Source: Chlorokybus atmophyticus
Taxonomy: Eukaryota; Plantae; Mesostigma and Chlorokybus algae
Assembly (NCBI GenBank): GCA_009103225.1
Contig: RHPI01000385.1
Location: forward strand, 511,810-554,598
Direction of reading: 5' to 3'
Length of the DNA stretch: 42,789 nt
A program made the position numbers and the translations under genes. Of the stretch, positions 16,038 through 30,917 are shown piece after piece; the stretch's first letter is position 1, and each line of letters starts with the position of its first letter. The notes below the pieces were generated by a model. That model was not told the origin of the DNA, ran no database searches, and worked only from the letters and a program-made list of their open reading frames with translations.

Positions 16038-18101
16038 ATGCTGCGAAAGGTGAGGTGAATCTGCTTGACTACTTCACTTTCTCGCCATTTAAGCAGCATC
16101 AAAGTTGAGACCTGCCAGTATACACTAACCATCAAGTTGTACACAAAAACCAAGCAGCACTGAGCTGTGCATGACACTGAGTTGTATTCCATGCCCAGTC
16201 CTGGTATCTCAGGCTGTGATCTCTCCTGCAGTTTTTAGATGCGGTGAGTTTGCGCGCCATCCGGCGTCGCCTCGTTTCGCGCAATCTTCAGAAGGACATT
16301 GACACGCATCGTCTCTACCTGCTCACAGGGTGCGTGTCTTTGTGATTATCTCTTACCGTTGTACATCAAGACCACCCTGCATCAGCACCGTTGGGACTGC
16401 ATTATCTCATGTGCACATATGCGCGCTTGTGTCAAAGTGTATATTTACGCGCTCGCCAACTAGCGCGCTGATGACGGATTCTGTTGCATGTTGCGGATGA
16501 GCAGTAAGTGCGAATGCGCTGATGGTGTGTCTCATCACAACCATACTTAGAATGCGCGAACTGCGCGCAACCTATGTATGCAGTGATCGTTGGGTAGAGT
16601 GTGTATAGACACACTTTCACGCATGCAGATATCATGCATTGAACCAACAGGGAGCCGTTGCGGCCCCGAAAGCAGCAGCTGAGGCTCTGAGCGCAGAGGC
16701 CAGAAGCCTCACCAGCGAGGAGCAAGAGCACCGCGTGCAGGCCAATGTACACACACAGGTGGAAACCATACAGAATAATATACACACAACTTACCAGTGA
16801 ACTCCAGCACGTGCATGCTTGATCGCTTTGTCATTGTCCAACAGCAGGCGCACATCCGTGTCTGTCTTCCTGTGTGCGCAAGTGATGGTATAATACTTGT
16901 ACGTTTCACAGGTGTTGCAAGTACTGCGGGCCCTGCGACATATCGACGGTGGGGCTGCTGCTTCTGCCCCAGTCTCAGGGCTACTCTTTGCTGCCGGTGC
17001 AGAGCGGATATCTCCGTCTCCGGCCGATATCTCTGCGGCTTTGAAGAAGGACATCGGCTACTCTGTAAGACTCCAGCCCTCAACTATCGTACACGCAGAA
17101 GCAGGCAACGGTACAGACCGCAAAGAATGCTGTGCACTCTCAATAGTGTGTATGCGTGTGTGCGTGTGCGCGCGTGGATACAGGCAACTGATTTGGAAGT
17201 TGTGTTGTGAAGGACTGTTCATTGATGGTGAAGCGCTACCGGGCGCTGTGGTGGGCGTGTACCCGGGAGTTGTGTACACGCCAAGCCAAGTGCGCAAAGT
17301 GAGTGTTAAAATTGCCGTCTTGGAGTGTTTCTTTCTTTCTCACATGTTCAAACTATGTAAATGCAACATATCTATCAGCTCTGCTTCCAACTGCAAACGC
17401 AGATACCTGGTTTCCCAAAGTTTGATGACGGGAACCCGTACCTAATGTCGCGCTATGATGCACACGTGCTTGATGGCAAGCCTTTCAGCAAAGGGACATG
17501 CATATCGGTGGCAGAAGCGGTAAGATAGCGGCAACATCATATGTAATCAAGAACCACACCTGACATGCCATGAGTATCCAAGCAACACAAGTACCTGGTG
17601 TGTGTGAGCTGTTATACATAGTCGTGCTCATAATAATTTGTGCCATACTTGTGTGCTCAAGATGTGTGTATATAGTAGGTGTTGTCCAAAGAAGCCAGAG
17701 AGAAAGCGTCGAGAACTACAAATGAGGTGAAGCAGCAGGAGGATGCCATCCCGCTCTCGGAGCTCACTGGTTGCAACCCGTTGATGCTCGCGCACTACGC
17801 CAACCACCCGCCGCATGGGACGGAGCCCAACGTAATGGCGTGCACGTACAACTTCTCTGTCATGAATAATGATAGAGAGCTCACATTGCGGCGGTATCTA
17901 CCCAACATCAAGTATGACGAGCTGGTGGCTCGCGAGGTCACACTCGAGTCGAGCAAAGACGTATCGTGTCTCGTGCTCGTGTCCACACTTGCGCTGCGGG
18001 ATGAAGAGCTGTTCCTCAACTACAGGCTCAACCCCAAAAGCGAGCGGCCCGCGTGGTACCACCCTGTTTGTGAGGAAGAGGACAGAAGACGTTGGGCTTG
18101 A
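16038..18101 (+). CDS. SETD9: SET-domain protein of the SETD9 (C5orf35)-like family
   Basis: Exons give MLRK|FLDAVSL...RNLQKDIDTHRLYLLT...VQANVHTQ...GYSVRLQPSTIVHAEAGNGLFIDG...GAVVGVYPGVVY...NPYLMSRYD...NPLMLAHYANHP...PNV...YLPNIKY...LVLVSTLALRDEELFLNY. GxGxF, YPGxVY, NPLxxxxYxNH and EELFxNY fit SETD9. The junction between about 16330 and 16660 is not fully resolved. Confidence 0.8.
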
Positions 18102-18917
18102 GTAATGTTGCACCATCACGAGCATGCGACCGCAATGTTGTGCAGGTGTACTGCATAGCTCGATTCTGGCAAAGGGTGCTTAGGCAAGTATGCCTATGCC
18201 TGCAGTTTGGTACCCACAAGCTGGTAATTAAGCAACATCATGCCTGCTTAAACAAGATTGACTGTGGTGACCGCTAGTGGTGACAGGGAAGCGCAGGTTT
18301 GCATCTGATCATGTTGCACCACACGTACTTGCATTGTTGCAAAGCGTCCAACCACATCTGTGTCACCTGTCAACTCACGTTGCCAAGTCAGTTCGCAATC
18401 GCACCATCTACAACATGGACCTGTTAAGCTAACGACTGTGCTCCAGGACTACACGCCAGTCAGAGATACCACCAATGCTGTTTTACTAACAGAAACCACC
18501 ACATCCCAGTATTGTCATGGACATCAGTCTCAACACAACAACGTCAACTGGCTATAGCGACAGAATAGACACACGCAGTCTCAGCAGTGTGTCTCACTCG
18601 CCGCCATTTCTTGGACAGCTTGAGTTCCTTGAGGTGGAGATGCCCGCAGCATGCAACTTGTGCTGCCTACTGCCAACAGAATAGCACAGACCCCGTAGGT
18701 GAGGTGCTGCCCTTGAGCAGAACCTCTTGCAAACTGGCACTGGTTGGCGTTGCACATTCCTTGTAACCAGTCAATGGAAGCCCTTCATCTAGAAGCACTT
18801 TGCAGAATGCCGTACAATGTGGTGGTTGCCAAGTGAACACGTCAGTTGCAACCATGTGCTGCCTTTCAACGAGTGCGCTGTCTTTGCACTGCTCCTAGCA
18901 CAATGCCCACAGCCGGC

Positions 18918-21900
18918 TCAATCTTTCGTCAACTCTTCGTGGAGCATGTCGATGAACCGATCATCCTGGACACAAGGCCACTGTCATGAACAAGTGACCG
19001 GCAATTGCTAGCATCTGCCCGGGAGCGATGGTGCAATTGAGAGGACGCAAGCTTGGTGGGTTCCCGGTTGAGATGGGTCATGAAGCAACCGCACCTGGAC
19101 AAGCCGCAGCATGGCGGTCCGCAATCGTTCTCTGGTCATCGGTGCTGTGGCAGCGGCTGCTGGAAGTGTTTGTGAAGCGCTTGTGGACAGCAGCTGCAAA
19201 ACAGGGATTGATGCCGGAGACGGCCTGGGCTTGCTGGGTGGAGAATCCAGCTGCTTGAACAAGCGCAGCAAAGCTTCTGAATTGGACTTTGTTGCTTCCG
19301 CCTGCGCCATGTGCGACAGCATTCAATAAGTCTGAGCAGCAGACTTGTGCGCATCTCAGGACGTGTTGAAGTGGACAAATGACGGCACGCATGTCCATGC
19401 ACACCCAACATACACACAAGCAGAAAAATCAGCGCTGCGCACGATGTGTAACTGCATAGCCAACGTAAGGGCACATTATCTTTGGTGACCTGAGGTATCG
19501 GTGAGGCGAAAAACGATGATGGTGTGAGCAGCTTCTTTTCGGATGCTGCGGGAGTGATGGGTGTGGGGAGGCTGAGCGCCGAGGAGGGTGCCCAGTGTGG
19601 CGGGCGCATGGGTGGAGTTGGCGGCACACTCGCTTGCTGCGACTGCAGCGGCTGAGACAGCAGCTTCAGAATGGACAACTGCGAACCACCGGGAGGCTGC
19701 TGCTGCTGCAGGAGCGGCAGTGGCCGAGACACTTCGCTCAATGGCCTGATTGTTGCTTCCTGCCAGCACATGCACAATACATAATGTGCTAAAAGTAGAG
19801 CGTTGCTGGCGCTGAGCAGTCAAGAAGCACCCAACATGCTCTTACGCTGAAAAGCCGTGCAATGGCGTCTGCACCGTTCATGGCTATTGCGGGTGTTGTT
19901 GTGGCCTCTGAGGCCCTTGACTCGGATGCAGCTTCACTTGTGGCTGGCAGCCGTGAAGCTGCTGTGTCTCTGAGCAAAATACAAGCTATGATTCCTAATC
20001 AAAGCCGCAAAGCATTGTACCAACTGCAGGCGTACGCCTCATGCGTACTGGTGCGCTGGTGCCGCGGATGAGGCTTGCATCTGCATGTGTTGTGGTTGTG
20101 TACTGCCCTCTGCCATGAGGCTGCGCAGAGCAAATTAAGTAACCAACCAGTTATGGACTGACTTGGAATTTTCGCTCACACAAACACGCAAGCACTTTTA
20201 ACACATAATCACCAATACTTGGTGATAATGGCCGCAATGGCTTCGAGCTCCGTGATGTTGTACAGCCACAACCCGAATACTTCCTGCGCGGAGTTTCTAT
20301 AGAACAGAAAGTTTCCTGTCACCTCGAAGGTGAAGTCTTTGATCAAATCCGCAACATGGTTTTCTGCACAGCAAAGCATTCAAATCCAAGAAGTGTCATC
20401 ACAAAGGGAAATCAGAAGCAAGGGTACATGCAGGACACATTTGTGAATGAATGCCACAATGCGTACTTATCCCAAACATATCGCGCATGCGTGCATGCAT
20501 ACGGCGATGGCAGCTTGGCTAGTACGTCACTCGGCAACAAAGGCGATATGGGGAGGTCTCACACCATGCAAACGAATGCACGCGGTGTACAATCCATGTT
20601 ACCTGTGGTTCGACGGTTCATCACAAACAACTTGTAGTAAGGCTGCGTCCGCCTGCGTTGATGAGCCAGCTCTGGCAATGTCGGCTCTCATGGTGGCAAC
20701 CAACAGCACACAATCAGTTACATTCAAGGCTTCCGTCAGCAACGCACAGTACCTCTTTACAATAAACAAGGGGCCTTCAACATTTTTGTCCTTGCTCTGC
20801 CAAGCGCAAGCACGAGTCAACACCGAATGAAGTCACACATAAATGGCCTGTTGTGCAGCCTGTTCCATTAAACAAATCTGAACTGGTACATGCACAACTG
20901 CTGGATGCAAGTTCAAACAACATATAGGCAGTGGCATTTGCAGATTTCCACGCAGACAAGCAAGAGGGAACACTCGTATACTCACCCACTGCAATGAGGC
21001 ATCCAGCTGGTACAGAGTGGCGGAAGCCGCTTTGCCCAGTATTTCCTCTATGTTAGGGTCGTGCCGTTGCAACACCTGCATACGGGGCGCAGTTGAGCAT
21101 AACTGCAGCACACTCCAGCTTTGGGTGATCGACACCATGTCAGAGTAAATTGCAGGGTAGTTGCCCTCAGACTCGTGCTAGCGTTATGCATATGCTATAA
21201 GCACATGATAACTCACACGTAAACACCACAGATATTCTGACATATAGTTCTGCGCCAATGATGGTAGTGGTTGCTCGTATAGGCTGAGTGCATGAGTGCG
21301 GAATAAGCGCATTGATAAGCAGTTTGCAAAGCAAACACAAAGCCATATTCTTACAACTGCAATCTTCGGTGTACAACAACGGGCTTGCAGATTATAAGTT
21401 GAGGCAAGTGCTAGCACTGCTAGGCAAGCCTAGAAGACTATCTTCAGGGAAGCCAAAAATTGCAATTCGTGTACTCAACAACAAGTGACTACAGTATGCT
21501 GTCTTAGCCTCGGTCACCAGGTAATGTTATGCATGCTCATGTTGCACTTCAGCATGCATGCAATGCAAGACACAACCAGGTTGCCGTATTGCCAATAACA
21601 TGCCGCAACACTGTCTAATATGTCCCTGAAAGCACAAGCAAACTGCCATTCAGAAAATAACCTAGAACTTGCCTGCCATTGCTACACACATGCATACCTT
21701 ACTGACACTGCTGCCGATTGGCATGCGCTGTGTGGTATGCGAAACACACGTGCTCCTCAGCTATGCTCCCCGCATAGCAAACAACCGGACGACAATACCA
21801 ACCTGGAGGTTGTGGGCGCGCGTGTGGCTCTCGTCCAGGCGAGGACCAACGGGTGACACCTCCGCTGCCATCGCCCCAGCCACCGCCGCCACCGCCGCCG

Positions 21901-21919
21901 CCGCAGGCTTTCCCATCAT
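18918..21919 (-). CDS. DCP1: mRNA decapping activator DCP1 (EVH1 domain, low-complexity linker, C-terminal trimerisation helix)
   Basis: NLQVLQRHDPNIEEIL...TLYQL...W...VEGPLFIVKRRTQPYYKLFVMNRR...NHVADLIKDFTFEVTGNFLFYRN...VFGLWLYN. C-terminus RERLRTAMLRLVQDDRFIDMLHEEL. Middle exons are less certain. Confidence 0.92.
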
Positions 21920-22410
21920 CGCAGCAGAAATTATTGGCCACTGCGTTGGTTTCTGTGTGTGTTGCTGTGCGGGGGAGCGCAAGTTGACTTGGCACATGTG
22001 AAGCTGTGTATGTCTGTCATAGCTAGCCGCTGGTTTGGTAGCTGTGACAGCCAGTCAGCGTTGCAGCACAGCAGCACTAGCAATGTTTGGGTCTCAGCGA
22101 AGGATGGCATCGTGTTGTTGCGGTTGAGCTTGTTGGCAATCTTTGGCAACTCCTTCCAACCATTTGGCGAGCATTGCAGCCCCTTTGCTTACCTTTCTCA
22201 GCTGCGGTGATGGCAAGCGCTGTTGGTGAACAGTAGATCAAGGCGCAGTGCTGAAGCCAGCCAAGAAGCAGCGTGTTGAGTGCGGCTACCATATTCAAAC
22301 AGAAGTTATACATAATTGGGCTGTTCAGCATGGGGCTAAAGTCGGGTTGAACAGTTGGGGGCGGACGCCCAGTCATTAAAGGGTAACTGTACAGCTGCTG
22401 CGTAGCGGTG

Positions 22411-24808
<2,398 letters not shown>

Positions 24809-25497
24809 CTGTGGCTATGCTTGTTTGTTTTCTGTAACGCATGGTGCACTGCTCATGCTGCAGTTGGCTCTGCGAGAGAGATGTGACTATACAAACAATT
24901 ATGCATGTGTTTGTGAGCAAAGACCTTGCTGCGTTGGTCCTGTAATCTTTTGCAAACTCGAATTTTGACAGAACCAAAGCAAGCACCACCACAGTAACAG
25001 TCATCAAATAAACTAATAATACCTTCCTCTGTTCATGCACACATCACAGGGCACATTGTACACATGCGCCGGACATAACTGTGCTAATTGTAATGCTGCG
25101 GCCTGACAGTAGTACCCTGTGATACAAATGTTTGCTGGGCTGTGCATGTGTACTGCATGTGTACTATTGCAGTTGCCCCATCTACGCACATTGCTCACTG
25201 TTGCATGCACAGTTGTATCAGATCAGCGGCAAACACTACTTGAAGTACACATCCGAGTGACATACGCATGCCATCTTACACCCGCAATGCTGTTGTTGAA
25301 CAATCAATGTTTGCATTACCACATCGCCAATGGTGAAATATCATGTCTACCCCATGCACAGCATCCGACTGCTGCTTACACCACTGCAATCGCTAACCGC
25401 TGCAGCTATGCCACAAAGCATGTCACAGCAAGCTGTTCACTTCAGGCACACTAGGTCACTACATATGTACATACCGTAACAGTTGCAACACTCTCCA

Positions 25498-26323
25498 TCA
25501 TAGCGAAATGCCAGGATGCCACCTGCCTTGTATGCTCTCCTGGCGTGTAACCTGTCTGGACCGCAACTTGAGCACCTTCCGCCCCAAACTGTCACGCAGC
25601 AGGGTGGCGTGCTGGAGGATTTCGTCCGGGGATTGGTTTTTCACATCCACCACTCGCTCGCGCCCAATCACTGTGTGCATGCACAGTGCGCAACTGAGAC
25701 TGGGTTGACATGTTGGCTAGGGCTTACTCACAACACATGCACAACGCGCAGCACCATTGCCAAGCCGCAGACTTCACTATGCAACGTAGTGCACGAGTGC
25801 AAACATACCGCGAGCTCGATTGGACAACAATTACTATCATGTCACACGTATACGCTGCGCATGCCCGTACGCAGGTCGCTAATGCATACTGCACGTTGAC
25901 CATATGGATGAATCCAATCTAGCTATGATACGATACGATCACACCATCGATGCATGCATCATGTATGCAAGTGTACAAAGGCAAAGCGACTGAGTGAAGA
26001 ATCATGCACAATGCGCGTACCGTAAGAAGCCACCAAGTGCGGATGCCTCCCGCTCAGTACGTTGGTGGATACTTCCAGCTGCGGGTTGGCTTCGACAAAC
26101 GCCGGAAGCAGGTCACGCACAAAGACCCTGTTGTTTCACCAAAAAACATAAAGCCATTCGTATGCAGAAGTAACTTTAATTGCTGCTCTGACCAAACGCA
26201 TAGACACCCAATCGGCTAGGGCTAGCACGACACCTCGTCTAACCTTGCACCCTTGCTGGATCCCGAATGCGAGCAGTAGTTCACGGCCAGGCTGCGAAGC
26301 TGCCACACCCCACGCAAAGCCAT
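25498..26323 (-). CDS. MRPL43: Mitochondrial ribosomal protein mL43 (L51/S25/CI-B8 family)
   Basis: 3 exons: MALRGVWQLRSLAVNYCSHSGSSKGAR, FVRDLLPAFVEANPQLEV...GRHPHLVASY, RERVVDVKNQSPDEILQHATLLRDSLGRKVLKLRSRQVTRQESIQGRW. 5'UTR intron donor (GTAAGT) near 26430. Confidence 0.92.
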
Positions 26324-26749
26324 GTAGAAGAGGGAAAGCTGAGCTGCCAATCCAGCGCACCACCACGTTAGATGCACCACGCCGCCGCCGCCGCCGCTGC
26401 TGACGGAACCAGCGCCAAAGGCACTGACTTACCCTGTAGCCTACCGTTGTAGCCAACGTTGCGGTGGGCGTTGTCGACGGCGTTTGCGGCCGCAACGTTA
26501 CAAACTAGTTGCAAAGCTAAGTTTTCATGAGCCGTACTACGGTAGGGGGTACCTACGAGCGCTAATGATGTCATTGACCATCATTGCATCGTTCCCCTGT
26601 TGCTCAACCGTGACGGAAGGCCGGCGCGCAATTTCCGGTATGCGACCGGCCGAATTTTTGCTGCCGGCAGATCTCGAAACTTATCCCGGCTGGCAGAGTC
26701 TCGAAGAGGCGACCAGTTGCTGTGCACGGCGCAGGCAGCGGCGGCGGCG

Positions 26750-26782
26750 GAGGAGGAGGAGGAGGAGGAAGAGGAGGAGGAG
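26750..26782. repeat. (GAG)n trinucleotide tract, probably in the PP2C leader
   Basis: About 11 GAG/GAA units. It explains the poly-E, poly-R, poly-S and poly-P ORFs in the track. Confidence 0.85.
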
Positions 26783-26979
26783 GTGCAGCAGGTGGTGGTG
26801 TCTGTGGTGGTGCAGTATTTTTCGAGCGAAGTCGTGGACGTGACTGTTGTGGAGAAGCGCCGGCGGGTTTTGCAAGTAGTCTGCACATGCGGCGGAGCGG
26901 GGCTTAAGTGGGGCAGCGAGCAAAGGCTGTGCTTGCCGTACTTGAACCAGCCAGCGAAGTGGCGCGACAGCCGTGGTCG

Positions 26980-29399
26980 ATGCCGCCTGAATCGGTACAT
27001 GCGGAGTCGCTGGACTACACCACAACCGCAGGCACTAAGCCTTCTGCGCCAACTGCTCATTTCGCCGTTTCCACGCCTCCAGAGTTCAAGTACGCCGTCG
27101 CCTCCGCCTCCCTCAAAGGCGAGGACAAGTTTCTTGCTGACCCGCAGCGCCGCCACCCCGACTCCCACAATGCACGCCTCCCTGTTTTCGGCGTCTTTGA
27201 CGGTAATTGGCTTGTGCGTGACATTTACCAGGTAGAGGTTTGTCCCGTCCAACCATCGTCAATGTGCATCATGCATTGAATGCCTACGGCGGACCGTTGA
27301 AACCATGCACGCAAGCACAAATGAAGTCAACAACCTCGCTGTCACAGCCTTGCACATGTTGCCACCATGCAGAGCGCTGCGCTCAAGCCACACTGAAACT
27401 CATTCAATGTTTGAACGCAGTGTACAGTCAACTGCATAACAACCACACACATTGACAAAGTTTCATTAGATGCACAGAGATAGTTCTATGGTTTACTGGC
27501 ATTTCTTAGTCAGCTGCAGTTATTGACATGATGGCAATTGAGTGCTTTGAAACCTGTGTTATGGTAGCATCCTTGCTTGTCCTTACACGTTGCTGAGTTG
27601 TTTTTGGCAGTTGCAACCAACAACCACAACTCAGCAACATGCAGTTTTGTGGCCGTCCCGCCTGAGTCATTCAAGTGTCTGCTGCGCTGCTCAGTGTGTT
27701 GTTGAGCAGCCAGATGAATGTCACAGGTCATGGCGGAGGCGAATGTGCAGAGTACTGCGTTGGCAACTTGGCGGACAATGTACTCAATTGCATGAAGGTT
27801 GGCACAGAGTTCAGCACGGATTTGGCACTGGCTGTGATCAATGGGTTTGTCAACACCAATGCGACTTTCAATGCATCAGGTCAGTGCCTGCTCTATACTT
27901 TTCTGAACCCTTTCTGCTGTAAGTTGCGAGGGCCAGAACTTGAAGTGAAGCGATAAATGTTGCAAGTAATTTGGCGCACATTGATTGCATGGTTTTGGTC
28001 ATGATGGTCATGTACTGCTTTGTCTCTGGCAACTAACTAGGCTTATCCAATTGCATGGTTTGGGTCATGATGTTCTTGTATGGCCTTGCAGGTGCAACAG
28101 CCGGGACGACGGCAACGTTGATGTTGCTAGATCACTGGAAGTTGGTTGTTGGCTGGGTTGGGGACTCGAGAGCTCTGTTTATCAGTAATGATGGGTCCTG
28201 GGAGGCTCTGACCAGGGACCATCGCTTTGAGGACTCGCAGGAAGAGTGAGTTGCAGAGATTTGCGCATGCATGCCTGGAAACCATCCAGTGTGCAGTATC
28301 CTTACTGAGTGCTGCCTGTACGGTCAGGTGTGACAGGGTGATGGCTGCAGGAGGACGATTGGGGCGTTTGCATGACACCTATGGCTCAGAGGTGCGTTCA
28401 ATCCGGCAGGGAGTGTTCCTGTGTTTGGTAGGAAACCAGTCTCAAGCTGCTTACCATGAGTGCAACATGTATGTAACAGGTTGGCCCGTTGAGGTGTTGG
28501 CCAGGAGGGTTGTGTTTGTCGCGGAGTATAGGGGACGCTGATGTTGGAGCATGCGTAACTGCTGTACCGGATGTTCGGCTATTTCAGGTAACTTCTGGCG
28601 TGTTGCTGTGGTAGTAGTTCACCTATGCCAACAGTTGGCGTTTCTACAAGTTGGTGGCATTATGCCTAATAAGAATACATGACTGCAGTTGCCTCTTATC
28701 GGAGGACGAATCATCTGCGCATCAGATGGGGTTTGGGATGCGCTCAGCAATAAGCATGTAGTGAAGTTGTCCAAAGGCAGGTCGGTAGACGATCTTTGCC
28801 GCAAAGTTGTAAAGGTGAGTGACCTTGCGGTATACCTGGGCTTTCTCAAGCTGTTAGCTTCGCCACAGCTGTCAATGTATCGTTTACCTAATGCAATCAT
28901 GATGCCTTCTGCAGGATACATTGAAAGCACGAGGCTTGCGAGATGACACTACGGTGCTGGTCATTGACATTCTGCCGCATGCCAGTGTATTGGACAGCTT
29001 TGCTGCGCTTGCACTCAATGACAAGAGTACTAGCAAGAAAAACAGCGTAATCAAGCTTTTTGGAAGGAAAAAGAAGGCGGTAGCTACGGTAAGTGAACAA
29101 GTAATGCTGCTGCATGATAGAGCGCGTCGTATGCACATTCGCAGTCACACCACAGTATTGCTGGCTAATTCACCAGCAGCAAGAGTCACCAAATGACTGT
29201 TGGTTTGCAGGTGACAGTCCCTTCTGGCCCAATGGATCCATCTGTCAGAGGGCTTCATTCTGGCATGGAGTGGTGTACAACATGTGCAAGCTGGACAGTA
29301 TGCACAGAGGCTTCCACGCGAGCAGGGGCGTTTTACTGCATCAACCACCAAGGCCCTGCGAGGCACCATGCTGCGCCGCTCGCCGCAAGCACAGAATGA
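26980..29399 (+). CDS. Protein phosphatase 2C of the plant clade carrying VGPLRCWPGGLCLSRSIGD, with a Cys-rich tail
   Basis: 9 exons. KGED, VFGVFDGHGG, GTTAT, VGWVGDSRA, LTRDHR, VGPLRCWPGGLCLSRSIGDADVG, IICASDGVWD, RGLRDDTTVLVIDI. The start codon is uncertain; 26980 is the first in-frame ATG. Confidence 0.92.
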
Positions 29400-30917
29400 G
29401 TGGGAGGTCACAGCATGGAGCACTGCGGAGTTGTACAGAAGTTGTCGTTGGGCGATATATACGATACCCATTTGGGGGACAGCGCAGCTACGAGTGTAGT
29501 TAGTGCGTCTGGTTGAGCTGGTTGGGGTGGCACGAGCTTGGGGGCTGCTGTTTGTACAGGAGTGTGGTTTTGAGCAAGCTCCCTGCCTATACTGGTATGT
29601 GCGGGCAGTGAACGGCGTTGGCTTCATTGGCTGGCTAGTGGCAGCAAATGCTGATCCTTACACAACTCGACCGCCTGTGTAAGGGTTGCGTGCAAGGTGG
29701 GCAAGGCTGGATCAAAGTCTTCAATACAGTGATGCAGGAATCTCTAGCGTTTGTCTTGTGCTAGTGCTGCGATAGCCATAGTAAGGCCGGTACAAGTTGC
29801 TGTACAGTATGAACAGCTATTGCTTTTTTGGTGTTGCGGCAATGTAGAACTGCTGTAAGCAACTGCACAGTCACTGTACTGTTATGTCATCTTCAACAAT
29901 GCAATAGTGGTACCTGGTGAAGTAGTTGTGATGCCGACAGTCAAATATTAGTGTAGGTGCACAAAGTATGCAGTGAGGGGTATGCCATGCAGAACACATG
30001 CATTACAGATAGCATGCATTCACACCAAGCTCACCTCAAACATGACCATGTAGATAAATGACTGCTTTCACGGAGGGATGTAGTTGTGTGCAGTATAATG
30101 TGACATGCAAGTTGACTAATAGCAATAGCAATACTTAGCACAATGTAATGACAAGGCCGGTTGGCTGATGCTTACATAACTTGGTCGCGGGACTCCGCTT
30201 ACACCACTTCTTATGCAACCTTATATGCATGCATATGTGTTCGCGCGTGCACAAGTGGTGGGCAAAGTTGGTAGGGGATGTACAGGCACTGCGCGGGGCA
30301 ACTTGCAGCTGAGGGGCGAGTCTAGCTCTCGCGCTCATTGTGGGCATTGAAAGGCGGCAATGGTCTACAATGACGTGACATGGCGTTATGTGCTTGTCTG
30401 GTGAAACTGCAGAATCGCAAATGTTTTGACCCATTTCATATTTTGTCATTGATAGTGCGCACAAAGCATGAGGTCCTTTGTATTAAAGGTATATTAATGT
30501 ACCACAATCATATCGTGGTAGTCAAGTAAACGCATCGGCGGTCATCAAGGCCACTTCGCTCCACATGGTCAAGCAACCACATCAGATGGGCTCGTAAAGA
30601 GCATGCAGCTCGCAGTCGGTGCTAGCAATTGAAAACCTTGGCTCACCCAGTCAATCGCATGTCGTCATGGCTAGTGGTAAAAAGTCACGGTCTTATTGGC
30701 ATACTTGCGCCTTTGAACTTTCTTGGACATGCGTGTCCAGTTGCTAGAATTACACGGCATGAAACTATTTGGACAGTAATAGGTCTACATGCTTGTAAAT
30801 CCCAATCCCTGGGGTCGGAGCAATAATGCTCATACTCATACCATGTGTATGGGTCAGCAAGAAGGGCATCATGTTATTTTGCTCGCATGAAACAAAGCAA
30901 CCCACCTTGCGCATCGA

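Noticed and set aside
26484-27252. Poly-Glu, poly-Arg, poly-Ser and poly-Pro ORFs
   Set aside because: Explained by (GGC)n/(GAG)n tracts in the MRPL43/PP2C promoter-leader region.
28296-28303. GTATCCTT, resembling a U12 donor
   Set aside because: It lies inside an ordinary GTGAGT...CAG intron, and the protein frame needs no splice there.
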